Under the pieces are notes generated by a model. It was not told the DNA's origin. It saw nothing but the letters and a program-made list of their open reading frames with translations, and searched no databases. Below are positions 1 through 7,677 of a stretch of DNA of 57,309 nt, one piece after another. Position 1 is the stretch's first letter, and every line of letters starts with the position of its first letter. Made by a program: the position numbers and the translations under genes. This DNA comes from a virus (lineage: Duplodnaviria > Caudoviricetes), in the IMG/VR virus record IMGVR_UViG_3300033183_000118, positions 1 to 57,309 of that record; one strand, 5' to 3'.

Positions 1-84
1 ATCTGCACAACCGTATTTACCCAAGCTGTAAAAGACGCATACGCTGCGCATCTCGCAGCACAGGAACAAGCGGCAGCAGAATAA
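1..84 (+). CDS. 3' end of a truncated small phage protein (ICTTVFTQAVKDAYAAHLAAQEQAAAE*)
   Basis: Frame 1 open from base 1 to TAA 82-84, which overlaps the next ATG; resembles the C-terminus of small proteins that follow marine phage tail-fibre genes. Confidence 0.6.
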   Translation: MCTTVFTQAVKDAYAAHLAAQEQAAAE

Positions 85-332
85 TGGAAATGGATGGCAT
101 GCTATTCTGGAACGTCCTCTTGACGCTGGTCATCGCGCCAGCCTTTTGGACGTTCCGTCAACACACAGCAGAGGTGAAACGACTAGACATCTTACTGAAC
201 AAGACGCGGGAAGAGCTTGCCAAGCAATACATTACGAAGGCCGAAGTCCACATGGACATCGGTCGCGTCATCGACCGCCTCGAAGCTCTCGACGCAAAGC
301 TCGACCGCATCTTGGACCTGAAGGGACGATAA
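84..332 (+). CDS. Small membrane protein (N-terminal TM + coiled coil), possibly holin-like
   Basis: 82 aa; hydrophobic LFWNVLLTLVIAPAFW then heptad-like C-terminus; translationally coupled to the upstream stop. Confidence 0.7.
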   Translation: MEMDGMLFWNVLLTLVIAPAFWTFRQHTAEVKRLDILLNKTREELAKQYITKAEVHMDIGRVIDRLEALDAKLDRILDLKGR

Positions 333-354
333 CCCTGTCTCTCCAGTGTATGAT
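324..354 (+). promoter_or_regulatory. Putative late promoter GGACGA-N19-TATGAT
   Basis: One of 11 spacing-conserved copies; precedes GGAGG RBS and ATG 380. Confidence 0.75.
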
Positions 355-379
355 GATCTCGTCTACATAGGAGGACACC

Positions 380-472
380 ATGAAATCAGCATCTACTAAG
401 AACCGTGCCTTTGGCACCGTCGTCGCTGGCGCAGCCAAGGCGAAGAAAGGTAAAAAGCAGAAACGCAAATGA
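380..472 (+). CDS. 30-aa highly basic peptide (MKSASTKNRAFGTVVAGAAKAKKGKKQKRK)
   Basis: Below ORF-track cutoff; GGAGG RBS; ATGA overlap with next gene. Confidence 0.7.
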   Translation: MKSASTKNRAFGTVVAGAAKAKKGKKQKRK

Positions 473-729
473 CCCCGAAAAGTAAGATCAAAGCCATCGA
501 CGGTCTTACGAAATCGCAAGGTTGGCGCGTAATGCGTGAGGTAATGGAGCAAGAAATTCTGCAAGCAGCAATGCAAATCGCAGAAACGCCTTCCATGCCA
601 CTCGATGAAATCAACTTCCGTCGCGGCTCTATCTGGGCCGCAAAAACAATGTTGGAACTTCCCGAACGTCTTCGCATGAAACTCGAAGCTGAGAACATTC
701 TCACAAAGGACGACAATGCCGAGCCTTAA
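469..729 (+). CDS. Small phage protein preceding the scaffold (head-assembly region)
   Basis: 86 aa; coupled start; position before the scaffold gene is typical of podoviral head modules. Confidence 0.75.
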   Translation: MTPKSKIKAIDGLTKSQGWRVMREVMEQEILQAAMQIAETPSMPLDEINFRRGSIWAAKTMLELPERLRMKLEAENILTKDDNAEP

Positions 730-739
730 CGGGCATACT
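708..739 (+). promoter_or_regulatory. Putative late promoter GGACGA-N20-CATACT
   Basis: Motif copy upstream of scaffold gene. Confidence 0.7.
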
Positions 740-789
740 CGCAACATTAACGCAAACCGTCCCGCTTCGGCTGGACAAAGGAGATAGAA

Positions 790-1827
790 ATGGCAACACC
801 GCAATCACCCGATCAAATGGCCGCAATGGTTGACAACATCGCCGCCAAGCAAATGGGGGTGGCTCCGCAGCAGGCCGAGCAGACACAGCAAGCCAAGGAA
901 CCAACCAAAGAAAGCCCTCAAGAGAAAGCCGCAGAGAAAGGCTCTCCAGAAACTGAAGGCGATAAAATCGGCGCAGACGCCGTTATTTATGAGGTTCAGT
1001 TCTCGGACAACGACACTCGCAAACTGACCCCGCAACAAATTAAATCGACATTCGAACGCTACAGCGCGATGAACTACAAGAACGCGCAGTACAAGCCAGT
1101 CATGGATTTGATCGAGCAGTACATGCGCCAGACGGGCCAAAGCCCAAAGCAAATGGCTGAGTATCTACAGAACGTCCAGAAAGCCCAGCAATCTAACCCA
1201 CAGATGGGCAACACTCAAGGCGACAAGTCTGGCCCGCCCTACGACAAAGCTCCACAGCAAGGCGACCTCGACGCGACCCTAAAGAAGTGGGAAGAAGAGA
1301 ACGCAGCATCTCTACCCCCTGGATACCGCGACATGATGGTCGGCAGCCAGCAGCAGATGCAGGCAATGCAGCAGCAACTGGCTCAAACCCAGCAGATGCT
1401 TCGCCAAGTCTTGGGCAACGCACAAGGTATGACAGACGCAGCACGCGCTGGCATGCAGCAGGGCCAAGTAAAGCAGGCGAACGCAGTCCGCCAGCAGATC
1501 GCAAACAACATCGACCGCAGCCAGCAGGCTCTCAAGCTCCCAGACGACAAGGCGCAAGACTTCATGGTCTTCGCGGCGGAGCGTGGCTACACGATGGAAG
1601 ACTTCGCAGACGTACAGCTAACTTTCAAAGTTATGTCTGACTTCAAAAACAACATGGACAGCCCAGAGATGGAACGCATGCGTCAGATCGCACAGCGTCG
1701 CCAAGCCTTCACTGGCTCTTTAGGCTCTACTCCAGCAGCAAGCGGTGCGCCAGCCGAGGATGCACAAGAGGGCAACCGCTTCGATCAATTCGCTTCTGCC
1801 GCTATGGCGAAGCGCGGGATGGGATAA
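790..1827 (+). CDS. Capsid scaffolding protein (putative)
   Basis: 345 aa, Q/E/A-rich helical and low-complexity; directly upstream of major capsid gene; AAGGAG RBS. Confidence 0.7.
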   Translation: MATPQSPDQMAAMVDNIAAKQMGVAPQQAEQTQQAKEPTKESPQEKAAEKGSPETEGDKIGADAVIYEVQFSDNDTRKLTPQQIKSTFERYSAMNYKNAQYKPVMDLIEQYMRQTGQSPKQMAEYLQNVQKAQQSNPQMGNTQGDKSGPPYDKAPQQGDLDATLKKWEEENAASLPPGYRDMMVGSQQQMQAMQQQLAQTQQMLRQVLGNAQGMTDAARAGMQQGQVKQANAVRQQIANNIDRSQQALKLPDDKAQDFMVFAAERGYTMEDFADVQLTFKVMSDFKNNMDSPEMERMRQIAQRRQAFTGSLGSTPAASGAPAEDAQEGNRFDQFASAAMAKRGMG

Positions 1828-1854
1828 TTTACCTCGTATTCTCTCTGATGACTG

Positions 1855-1880
1855 GCACCGCTTCGGCGGTGCTTTTTTTT
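1855..1880 (+). terminator. Rho-independent terminator
   Basis: GCACCGC-TTCG-GCGGTGC followed by T8. Confidence 0.9.
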
Positions 1881-1885
1881 GATAG

Positions 1886-1916
1886 GGACGAAAAACTTAA
1901 AACAACCGTCTACAAT
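1886..1916 (+). promoter_or_regulatory. Putative late promoter GGACGA-N19-TACAAT (major capsid gene)
   Basis: Motif copy immediately after the terminator. Confidence 0.8.
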
Positions 1917-2035
1917 CACATCAATGCCACTACGTCGCGCTACGGCCTGACAGGCAGCACTGGGCATCGCGATGGTTTTGACCGCGTAGCTCGCTGAACC
2001 GCTAAATGTAACCAGCCTTACAAGGAGACACTCTC

Positions 2036-3232
2036 ATGGCTGCTATTCAAGGACTTCGCGGATCAGGCGAGTTTTCGACTGATTTCCGCCCCAAAAACTA
2101 CCGTGAGCTTTTCACGCTTATGGAACCAAACGGCAACGCGCCACTGAACGCACTTTTGGCAATGGGATCATCTGAACCTACAGACGACCCTGAGTACAAA
2201 AACTTCCGTGACGAACTGCCTGACCGCAAAATGACTGTGAACGGTGCTGTCGCTTCGACATCTACTGGCACAATCACTATCGACGCGTCTGACGACAACA
2301 AGTTTGCTGTCAACGGATCAATCGTCGTAAACAGCGAAACTGGCGAAGTAATGCACGTTACTGCTGACACTACAGGTACAACCCTGACTGTCACTCGTAA
2401 CATCGGCGGCACTACGCACCAAATCGCTGACAACGCGGAATTGTTCATCGCTGGCTTCGCCGCACAGGAAGGTGGCTCATCGCCAACTGCAATCAGCTTC
2501 GACGCAACAGTTGCATCGAACTACACGCAAATCTTCCGTACAGCGTTCCAAGTATCGAACACTCTAAACTCAACCTTCTTGCGCACTGGCGACAAGATGG
2601 ACGAAGCAATGACCAAAGCTCTAAAGCTACACATGTCAGACATCGAACGTGCGATGTTCTTCGGCGTGAAGCACGAGAGCAACGGTTCTTCTGCGCAACC
2701 AACTCGCTTCACTGGCGGTTTGTTGAACAGCTTGACTAACGTCGTCGACATCACCACAGACTACGGCTCATATGGCGGTTCTGCGGCTGGCGAGATGACT
2801 GAAGAAGGCTTCGACCAGCTTCTGATTTCAACCATCTTTAAGTACGGTTCTAAGCAGAAGATCGCTTTCGTAGGCGAGAACGTAGCGAACCATCTACAAC
2901 AGATGGGTAAAGATCGCTGGCAACCAACTGCACTAGAAGGTGCGTATGGCGTGAACCTAACTCGCTATAACACTTTCGCAGGCGACCTAATGGTTCACTT
3001 GCACCCGCAGTTCCGTCAGGTTCCAAATATGAAGAACGCGATGATTATCGTCGACTTCCCATATTTGACATATCGCTACCTAGAAGGTCGTGACACACAA
3101 CTGTTGGAAAACCGTCAGTCACCTGACGCCGACAGCGTCAAGCACGAGTACCTAACTGAATGTGGCCTTGAGCTTCTTCAGGACAAAGTACACGGCTATA
3201 TCAAAAACTGGAGTACACGCACTGCATCGTAA
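2036..3232 (+). CDS. Major capsid protein (SU10/DUF5309-like)
   Basis: 398 aa; NYTQIFRTAFQVSNT...SDIERAMFFG...RFTGGLL signature; AAGGAG RBS; followed by a terminator. Confidence 0.85.
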   Translation: MAAIQGLRGSGEFSTDFRPKNYRELFTLMEPNGNAPLNALLAMGSSEPTDDPEYKNFRDELPDRKMTVNGAVASTSTGTITIDASDDNKFAVNGSIVVNSETGEVMHVTADTTGTTLTVTRNIGGTTHQIADNAELFIAGFAAQEGGSSPTAISFDATVASNYTQIFRTAFQVSNTLNSTFLRTGDKMDEAMTKALKLHMSDIERAMFFGVKHESNGSSAQPTRFTGGLLNSLTNVVDITTDYGSYGGSAAGEMTEEGFDQLLISTIFKYGSKQKIAFVGENVANHLQQMGKDRWQPTALEGAYGVNLTRYNTFAGDLMVHLHPQFRQVPNMKNAMIIVDFPYLTYRYLEGRDTQLLENRQSPDADSVKHEYLTECGLELLQDKVHGYIKNWSTRTAS

Positions 3233-3263
3233 GGACGACCGCAGTCGACAAGTAGTACATTAT
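3233..3263 (+). promoter_or_regulatory. Putative late promoter GGACGA-N19-CATTAT
   Basis: Motif begins immediately after the MCP stop codon. Confidence 0.75.
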
Positions 3264-3292
3264 AGGGGGCGTAGACACGCCCCCTATTTTTT
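3262..3292 (+). terminator. Rho-independent terminator after MCP
   Basis: ATAGGGGGCGT-AGAC-ACGCCCCCTAT followed by a T run. Confidence 0.85.
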
Positions 3293-3301
3293 GGAGGAAA
3301 C

Positions 3302-3655
3302 ATGGCAACTGCACCTAAAAAAACAACCGCCAAAGCAGCGCCCAAGCGCACCCGCGCACGCACTGCTGAAGGCCACTTCATTGCTGACGACCCATCCACA
3401 CCTGATGTGAATGAGGCTTACGTTCAAGAAGAACCAAAAGCCAAGGCAGCACCAAAGCCGAAAGCAGAACCAGCACCTGAACACGTCTGGTATCAATCCC
3501 GCGAGAAAGAACCCACTATGTTCGCGGTTGCTGGCATCAACCCGATCCGCAACTTCAGTAACGGTCGGCTTGAATACAAAGTTCACAAGGACGACGCGGC
3601 TCGCTTCGAAGCCAACCACTTTTTTCAGAACGCCCGTATCGTCAAGAAGGTATGA
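3302..3655 (+). CDS. Phage hypothetical protein (GHFIADDPSTPDVNEAY motif)
   Basis: 117 aa; GGAGG RBS; motif recalled from marine phage proteins. Confidence 0.8.
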   Translation: MATAPKKTTAKAAPKRTRARTAEGHFIADDPSTPDVNEAYVQEEPKAKAAPKPKAEPAPEHVWYQSREKEPTMFAVAGINPIRNFSNGRLEYKVHKDDAARFEANHFFQNARIVKKV

Positions 3656-3658
3656 TCC

Positions 3659-4120
3659 ATGGTCCATAGCAACACTAACCCCCACATACGCGAAAAGAAC
3701 GCGCCACTAAACGTATTGGCTATGCAAGCCTTGCGACGCTATGGCGACTTCCATGCTGGCACGGTGGACGGTGACGTGATGCTCATGTTCATTGAATTTG
3801 CCAACATGATTATAGACGAGATACGCATGCACCCATACTACGACGGTGTGGAAGTTGACTATTATCAGTCTCCCACAGACGCCAGAGCCATCAATGACCA
3901 GATTGTCGTAGCAGGATTGCTGTATCACTATGCCGCTCAACAGATGAGCGACAAGCTGCAAATCTATACTCCTCAGTACCAGCGCATCCTGAATGCTCGT
4001 ATGTGGGAGCAGTACAACGGCAACACAAAACTTCAGATGCGTACTGTCGATGGTGGCACCAACAAGCGCAACATCAACGGTGCGAAGACCAACACCAAGA
4101 ACGGGACGGTTAGTTACTAA
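3659..4120 (+). CDS. Putative head-tail adaptor / tail tubular protein A-like
   Basis: 153 aa, helical; position between capsid and nozzle-like genes. Confidence 0.55.
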   Translation: MVHSNTNPHIREKNAPLNVLAMQALRRYGDFHAGTVDGDVMLMFIEFANMIIDEIRMHPYYDGVEVDYYQSPTDARAINDQIVVAGLLYHYAAQQMSDKLQIYTPQYQRILNARMWEQYNGNTKLQMRTVDGGTNKRNINGAKTNTKNGTVSY

Positions 4121-5631
4121 TGTCGAGCAGTACACGTTCAGCTACTGGCCTAAAGACCAAGACGTTCGTTTACGAGAACTTCCAAGGTCTCGACACGTCG
4201 CGCGACATCACATCGCTCGACACTGGCAAGGAGCAACACCTTTCCAAGATCAACAATGCGACCGCAGACTGGCGTGGCCAGATTGTGCGTGACGCAGCCT
4301 GCCTCGAACGCGGCGGCGAATATCGTGTCCAACATGTTCGCTTCTTTGGTAAAGACGAATTGGTCTGGGTAGAGCGCACGGGTGCTGGCATCAACTTCAA
4401 CTCAGAACGTGGCCACGTCTTGGAGAATGTCCACGAAGCCACAGCCATTGTAACCAGTACCGTTTTTAACCAGAACGTTATCTTCGCTGCTCGCACCAGA
4501 CCAATGTATTCTTACGACGGCATCACCTTTCAGCGCAACCAATCCCCAGCAGCAGACCTTCTACGCCCAGCATACGTCACGTCTTGCCAAAGACGTCTGG
4601 CGGTTGCAGGTATTCCAGGGCGTGAAACCCAAGTCCACCTTTCTCGCGTCGACCAAGATCAAATCTTCCCAGACGACGAGGAAGAAGATAGCACAAACGT
4701 CTTACGCGCTGGGTTCATCGACGTGGCAAACCTACTCGGCACCGCCGATCAAATCACTGGCATTGGCTCCTTCGAGCAAAACCGCCTCGTCGTCTTCACG
4801 GCTGACCGTGCAATCATCTATCGTGTCGACCCAGACCTTACAAAATGGGTGATCGACGACAACGCCAACATCAACATTGGCTGCGCCAGCCACAATACAA
4901 TCGTAAACGCTGGCACCGACCTACTCTTCTGCTCGCGCTCTGGCGTCCATTCCATCAAGCGTTCAGAAGAAAATGGTATCCTTGTTTACAGCTATTCGAT
5001 GTCCGACAAGATCGACATTCTTTATCGCGAACTCTTTAACTCAGTGGAAGACCCTGAAACAATCAGCGCGGTCTTCGATCAGGATACAGCCCAGTATCAT
5101 ATTTTCTTCCCGCAGGGCAGCGGCACATCATGTAAGCGCCTCACTCTTGCGACAAACCCAGAGGGCGGACAGCCCCAACCTAAGTTCTCAACTGGCGATT
5201 TTCTCAACGCCAACTGTGGTTCATTCCTCGGTGGCAAGCTCGTCTTAGGAACCAACGGTGGTGTCTATGAAGTCCTCAAGGCGGAAGACGATAGAGACGA
5301 TGCTTTCATACCAGAGATGGAGGTCGTTACCCCCTACCTCTGGCATGGGAGTTTGATGGACACAAAGGAAACCGTGAGCATCATCCTGCAAGCCGCAGGA
5401 AAAGGCATAATTGAGATGGATGCAATCGACCTAAGTGGCAGAACAATCGGCTCACTTGTCATCGAGGTAGATGACACATCGGACGACAACTACTTTCTCG
5501 ATGTGCCATTATCCAAACAATATGAACGCAAGTGGTCGCATCGCTATCTCGCAGCCCAATATCGCTTCAAAACCAAGGGCGGTGGCGGGTTACTTAGGAT
5601 AATTGGCTTCGCAGTGACCGTGAGGACGTAA
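4120..5631 (+). CDS. Putative tail nozzle / stabilization protein (P22 gp10 / tubular B-like)
   Basis: 503 aa, beta-rich; FQGLDT N-terminal motif and NIGC...TIV...LLFCSRSGVHS segment. Confidence 0.65.
   Translation: MSSSTRSATGLKTKTFVYENFQGLDTSRDITSLDTGKEQHLSKINNATADWRGQIVRDAACLERGGEYRVQHVRFFGKDELVWVERTGAGINFNSERGHVLENVHEATAIVTSTVFNQNVIFAARTRPMYSYDGITFQRNQSPAADLLRPAYVTSCQRRLAVAGIPGRETQVHLSRVDQDQIFPDDEEEDSTNVLRAGFIDVANLLGTADQITGIGSFEQNRLVVFTADRAIIYRVDPDLTKWVIDDNANINIGCASHNTIVNAGTDLLFCSRSGVHSIKRSEENGILVYSYSMSDKIDILYRELFNSVEDPETISAVFDQDTAQYHIFFPQGSGTSCKRLTLATNPEGGQPQPKFSTGDFLNANCGSFLGGKLVLGTNGGVYEVLKAEDDRDDAFIPEMEVVTPYLWHGSLMDTKETVSIILQAAGKGIIEMDAIDLSGRTIGSLVIEVDDTSDDNYFLDVPLSKQYERKWSHRYLAAQYRFKTKGGGGLLRIIGFAVTVRT
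5481..5512 (+). promoter_or_regulatory. Putative late promoter GGACGA-N20-CATTAT inside the 3' end of the nozzle gene
   Basis: Motif copy about 120 nt upstream of ATG 5633. Confidence 0.55.
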
Positions 5632-5632
5632 A

Positions 5633-7192
5633 ATGGCTCGAATTAGACAACAATACCCACAGAACTACGGTTCATCTGGGAACATCAATACCGAATTTGA
5701 AAACGTAATTCGGTATATCAACGCAGCGGAACTGGGTAACAGTACCATCGGCGAGTTGATGGCGAAAATCTTTGACGCCAACGGCAACTTCGATGGCCCC
5801 ATCGAACTACGCAAGGATAGCTCGGCTGGTATTCAGTACCGCGTCGGCGAATACTCAGACGCTGAAAGCGGGTGGGTAACTCTAGCCACACTGGCTGAAC
5901 TGCGTGGCGAAAGCGGCAAAGACTTTGGTGAGATCGGTGCGCCCATTCTCTTTGGTCGAGTAGACTACACAGCAACCTCTGCGCAAACCGACTTCGATTA
6001 CGCTCACGAAACAACCGACGAAATCCTCGTCTACGTCGACGGTGTCTTGCAACGCGAAGGCGCGACACACGATTACACAACCAGCGACACAGGTGGATCA
6101 GCATCTGCGGGCGTCGTCATCTTCAACTCTGGCCGCACTGCTGGTGAGATTGTATCGCTGTTCAAAATTCGAGCCACAGCGATTACAGGCTACACCCGTA
6201 CAGACGCGGACACTGTGAACGCGCAGGCCGTGTTCCCATTCGTCTTCGACGAAAACACTAAACTTCAGGTGTACAAGAATGGTATCTTGCAGCGTGAAGG
6301 TGGTGCGAACGACTACACAGTACAGCCAGCGAACAACACGGTCACGTTCACAACGCCTGTTCCGTCTGGCAACGTGGTCACAATCCTAACCGTTGAGAAC
6401 ACCTCGGTTCAGGCTGTGACTGGCATGATGTTTGAAGAGAAGTATGTTGACACTGCCTCTGGCTTAATCCGCTTTGACAAGATCACAATCGCTAATGGCG
6501 ACATCGCACAAGCAAAAGTCAGCGACCTTGTCACTGACCTTGGCGAGAAGGCCAAGCTGACTGTGTCGCCATCTACTCCAGTCACCGTAGTAACAGGCGA
6601 CTTGTGGCACGATACATCGGTAACGCCGAACCAACTTAAATTCTACGACGGCACACAATGGCTGCGCACGTCTCCAGATAGTTCTCTCCCTACCTTCACG
6701 ACGTCCAACTCTGGTCAGTTTGTTAAGGTGAACGGCACTGGTACGGCGCTTGAGTATGGCACGGTCGATCTCTCCTCGGTCGTCCCTGTTACACAAAAGG
6801 GCGCAGCCAACGGCGTCGCGTCATTAGATAGTTCTGGTCGATTACCTTCCTCCCAGTTACCAGAAGTGCTTTCATCAGATAGCTTGTATCTAAATGTCGC
6901 GACGCCTTCTGCCCAAAACTATGCGATCAAGCGTATCTACCGCCAAAAGCTGCGGGTCGATGGCATCTCCATCCAAACCACGTCTGGCACATGTACTGTT
7001 CAAATCTCATTTGACGGCGTGGGATATGGCTCAACATTCAGCGCATCTTCCGTCGTGAACGAAAGTGTTCTTGGTACACCACTAGAAATTGACGCGACCA
7101 CAATCTCCCACGAGATTGGCTTCCTTGTCACCAACGTCTCATCGACGTCGCAACTTGAAGTCACGCTCGCGGTCAGTGTGGTTGCGAGCTAG
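5633..7192 (+). CDS. Tail / tail-fibre-associated structural protein
   Basis: 519 aa; two repeats of VYxxGxLQREG...DYT; GDLWHDT..NQLKFYDGTQW and KGAANGVASLDSSGRLPSSQLP fibre motifs. Confidence 0.75.
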   Translation: MARIRQQYPQNYGSSGNINTEFENVIRYINAAELGNSTIGELMAKIFDANGNFDGPIELRKDSSAGIQYRVGEYSDAESGWVTLATLAELRGESGKDFGEIGAPILFGRVDYTATSAQTDFDYAHETTDEILVYVDGVLQREGATHDYTTSDTGGSASAGVVIFNSGRTAGEIVSLFKIRATAITGYTRTDADTVNAQAVFPFVFDENTKLQVYKNGILQREGGANDYTVQPANNTVTFTTPVPSGNVVTILTVENTSVQAVTGMMFEEKYVDTASGLIRFDKITIANGDIAQAKVSDLVTDLGEKAKLTVSPSTPVTVVTGDLWHDTSVTPNQLKFYDGTQWLRTSPDSSLPTFTTSNSGQFVKVNGTGTALEYGTVDLSSVVPVTQKGAANGVASLDSSGRLPSSQLPEVLSSDSLYLNVATPSAQNYAIKRIYRQKLRVDGISIQTTSGTCTVQISFDGVGYGSTFSASSVVNESVLGTPLEIDATTISHEIGFLVTNVSSTSQLEVTLAVSVVAS

Positions 7193-7200
7193 GAGCTTAA

Positions 7201-7677
7201 ATGAAGGATAGGAAGCAGACAAAAGTAGAGCAAGCATACGAAGCGGCACTGCGTGCCAGCTTCGATGCTTTGCGTCTTCCTAAATCTGCATCCGACTTTT
7301 TGATTGATATGTGGTTCTGCATACAAATGTTCGATGACGTCGCCGATGGCGACGAAGTCTCACGCGACAATCTTGACCGTGTTCTATGGTCTACCCTTGT
7401 CGGCATGCCAATGAACCCATTCTATGCGTCCAACGCAAAAACACTCATCCCAGTAATCGCAACGCAAATCCTGAAGTGGCAGGGGTCTGACAAAGTCGAG
7501 CAAGACGGAAAAGCAGACGCCCGTAGTTACGTCTGGCGGGCTGGTTACTATGATCTTGTACTAATAATCGTCCAGCTTTGCCATGGCTATGAAGCAGCAA
7601 TCAAGGCGGCTCCCACCGTTCTGGCTTTATACGGCGAAAAACTTGAGGACTACTTAAAGGAGTTCAATCATGCCTGA
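7201..7677 (+). CDS. Helical protein with DDxxD motif (isoprenoid-synthase-like fold?)
   Basis: 158 aa; FDDVADGD; GGAG RBS. Confidence 0.6.
   Translation: MKDRKQTKVEQAYEAALRASFDALRLPKSASDFLIDMWFCIQMFDDVADGDEVSRDNLDRVLWSTLVGMPMNPFYASNAKTLIPVIATQILKWQGSDKVEQDGKADARSYVWRAGYYDLVLIIVQLCHGYEAAIKAAPTVLALYGEKLEDYLKEFNHA

Noticed and set aside
3589-3620. GGACGA near the end of the 117-aa gene (also 28669, 32345, 54241, 56668)
   Set aside because: No YAnnnT hexamer at 19-20 nt spacing; treated as chance coding matches
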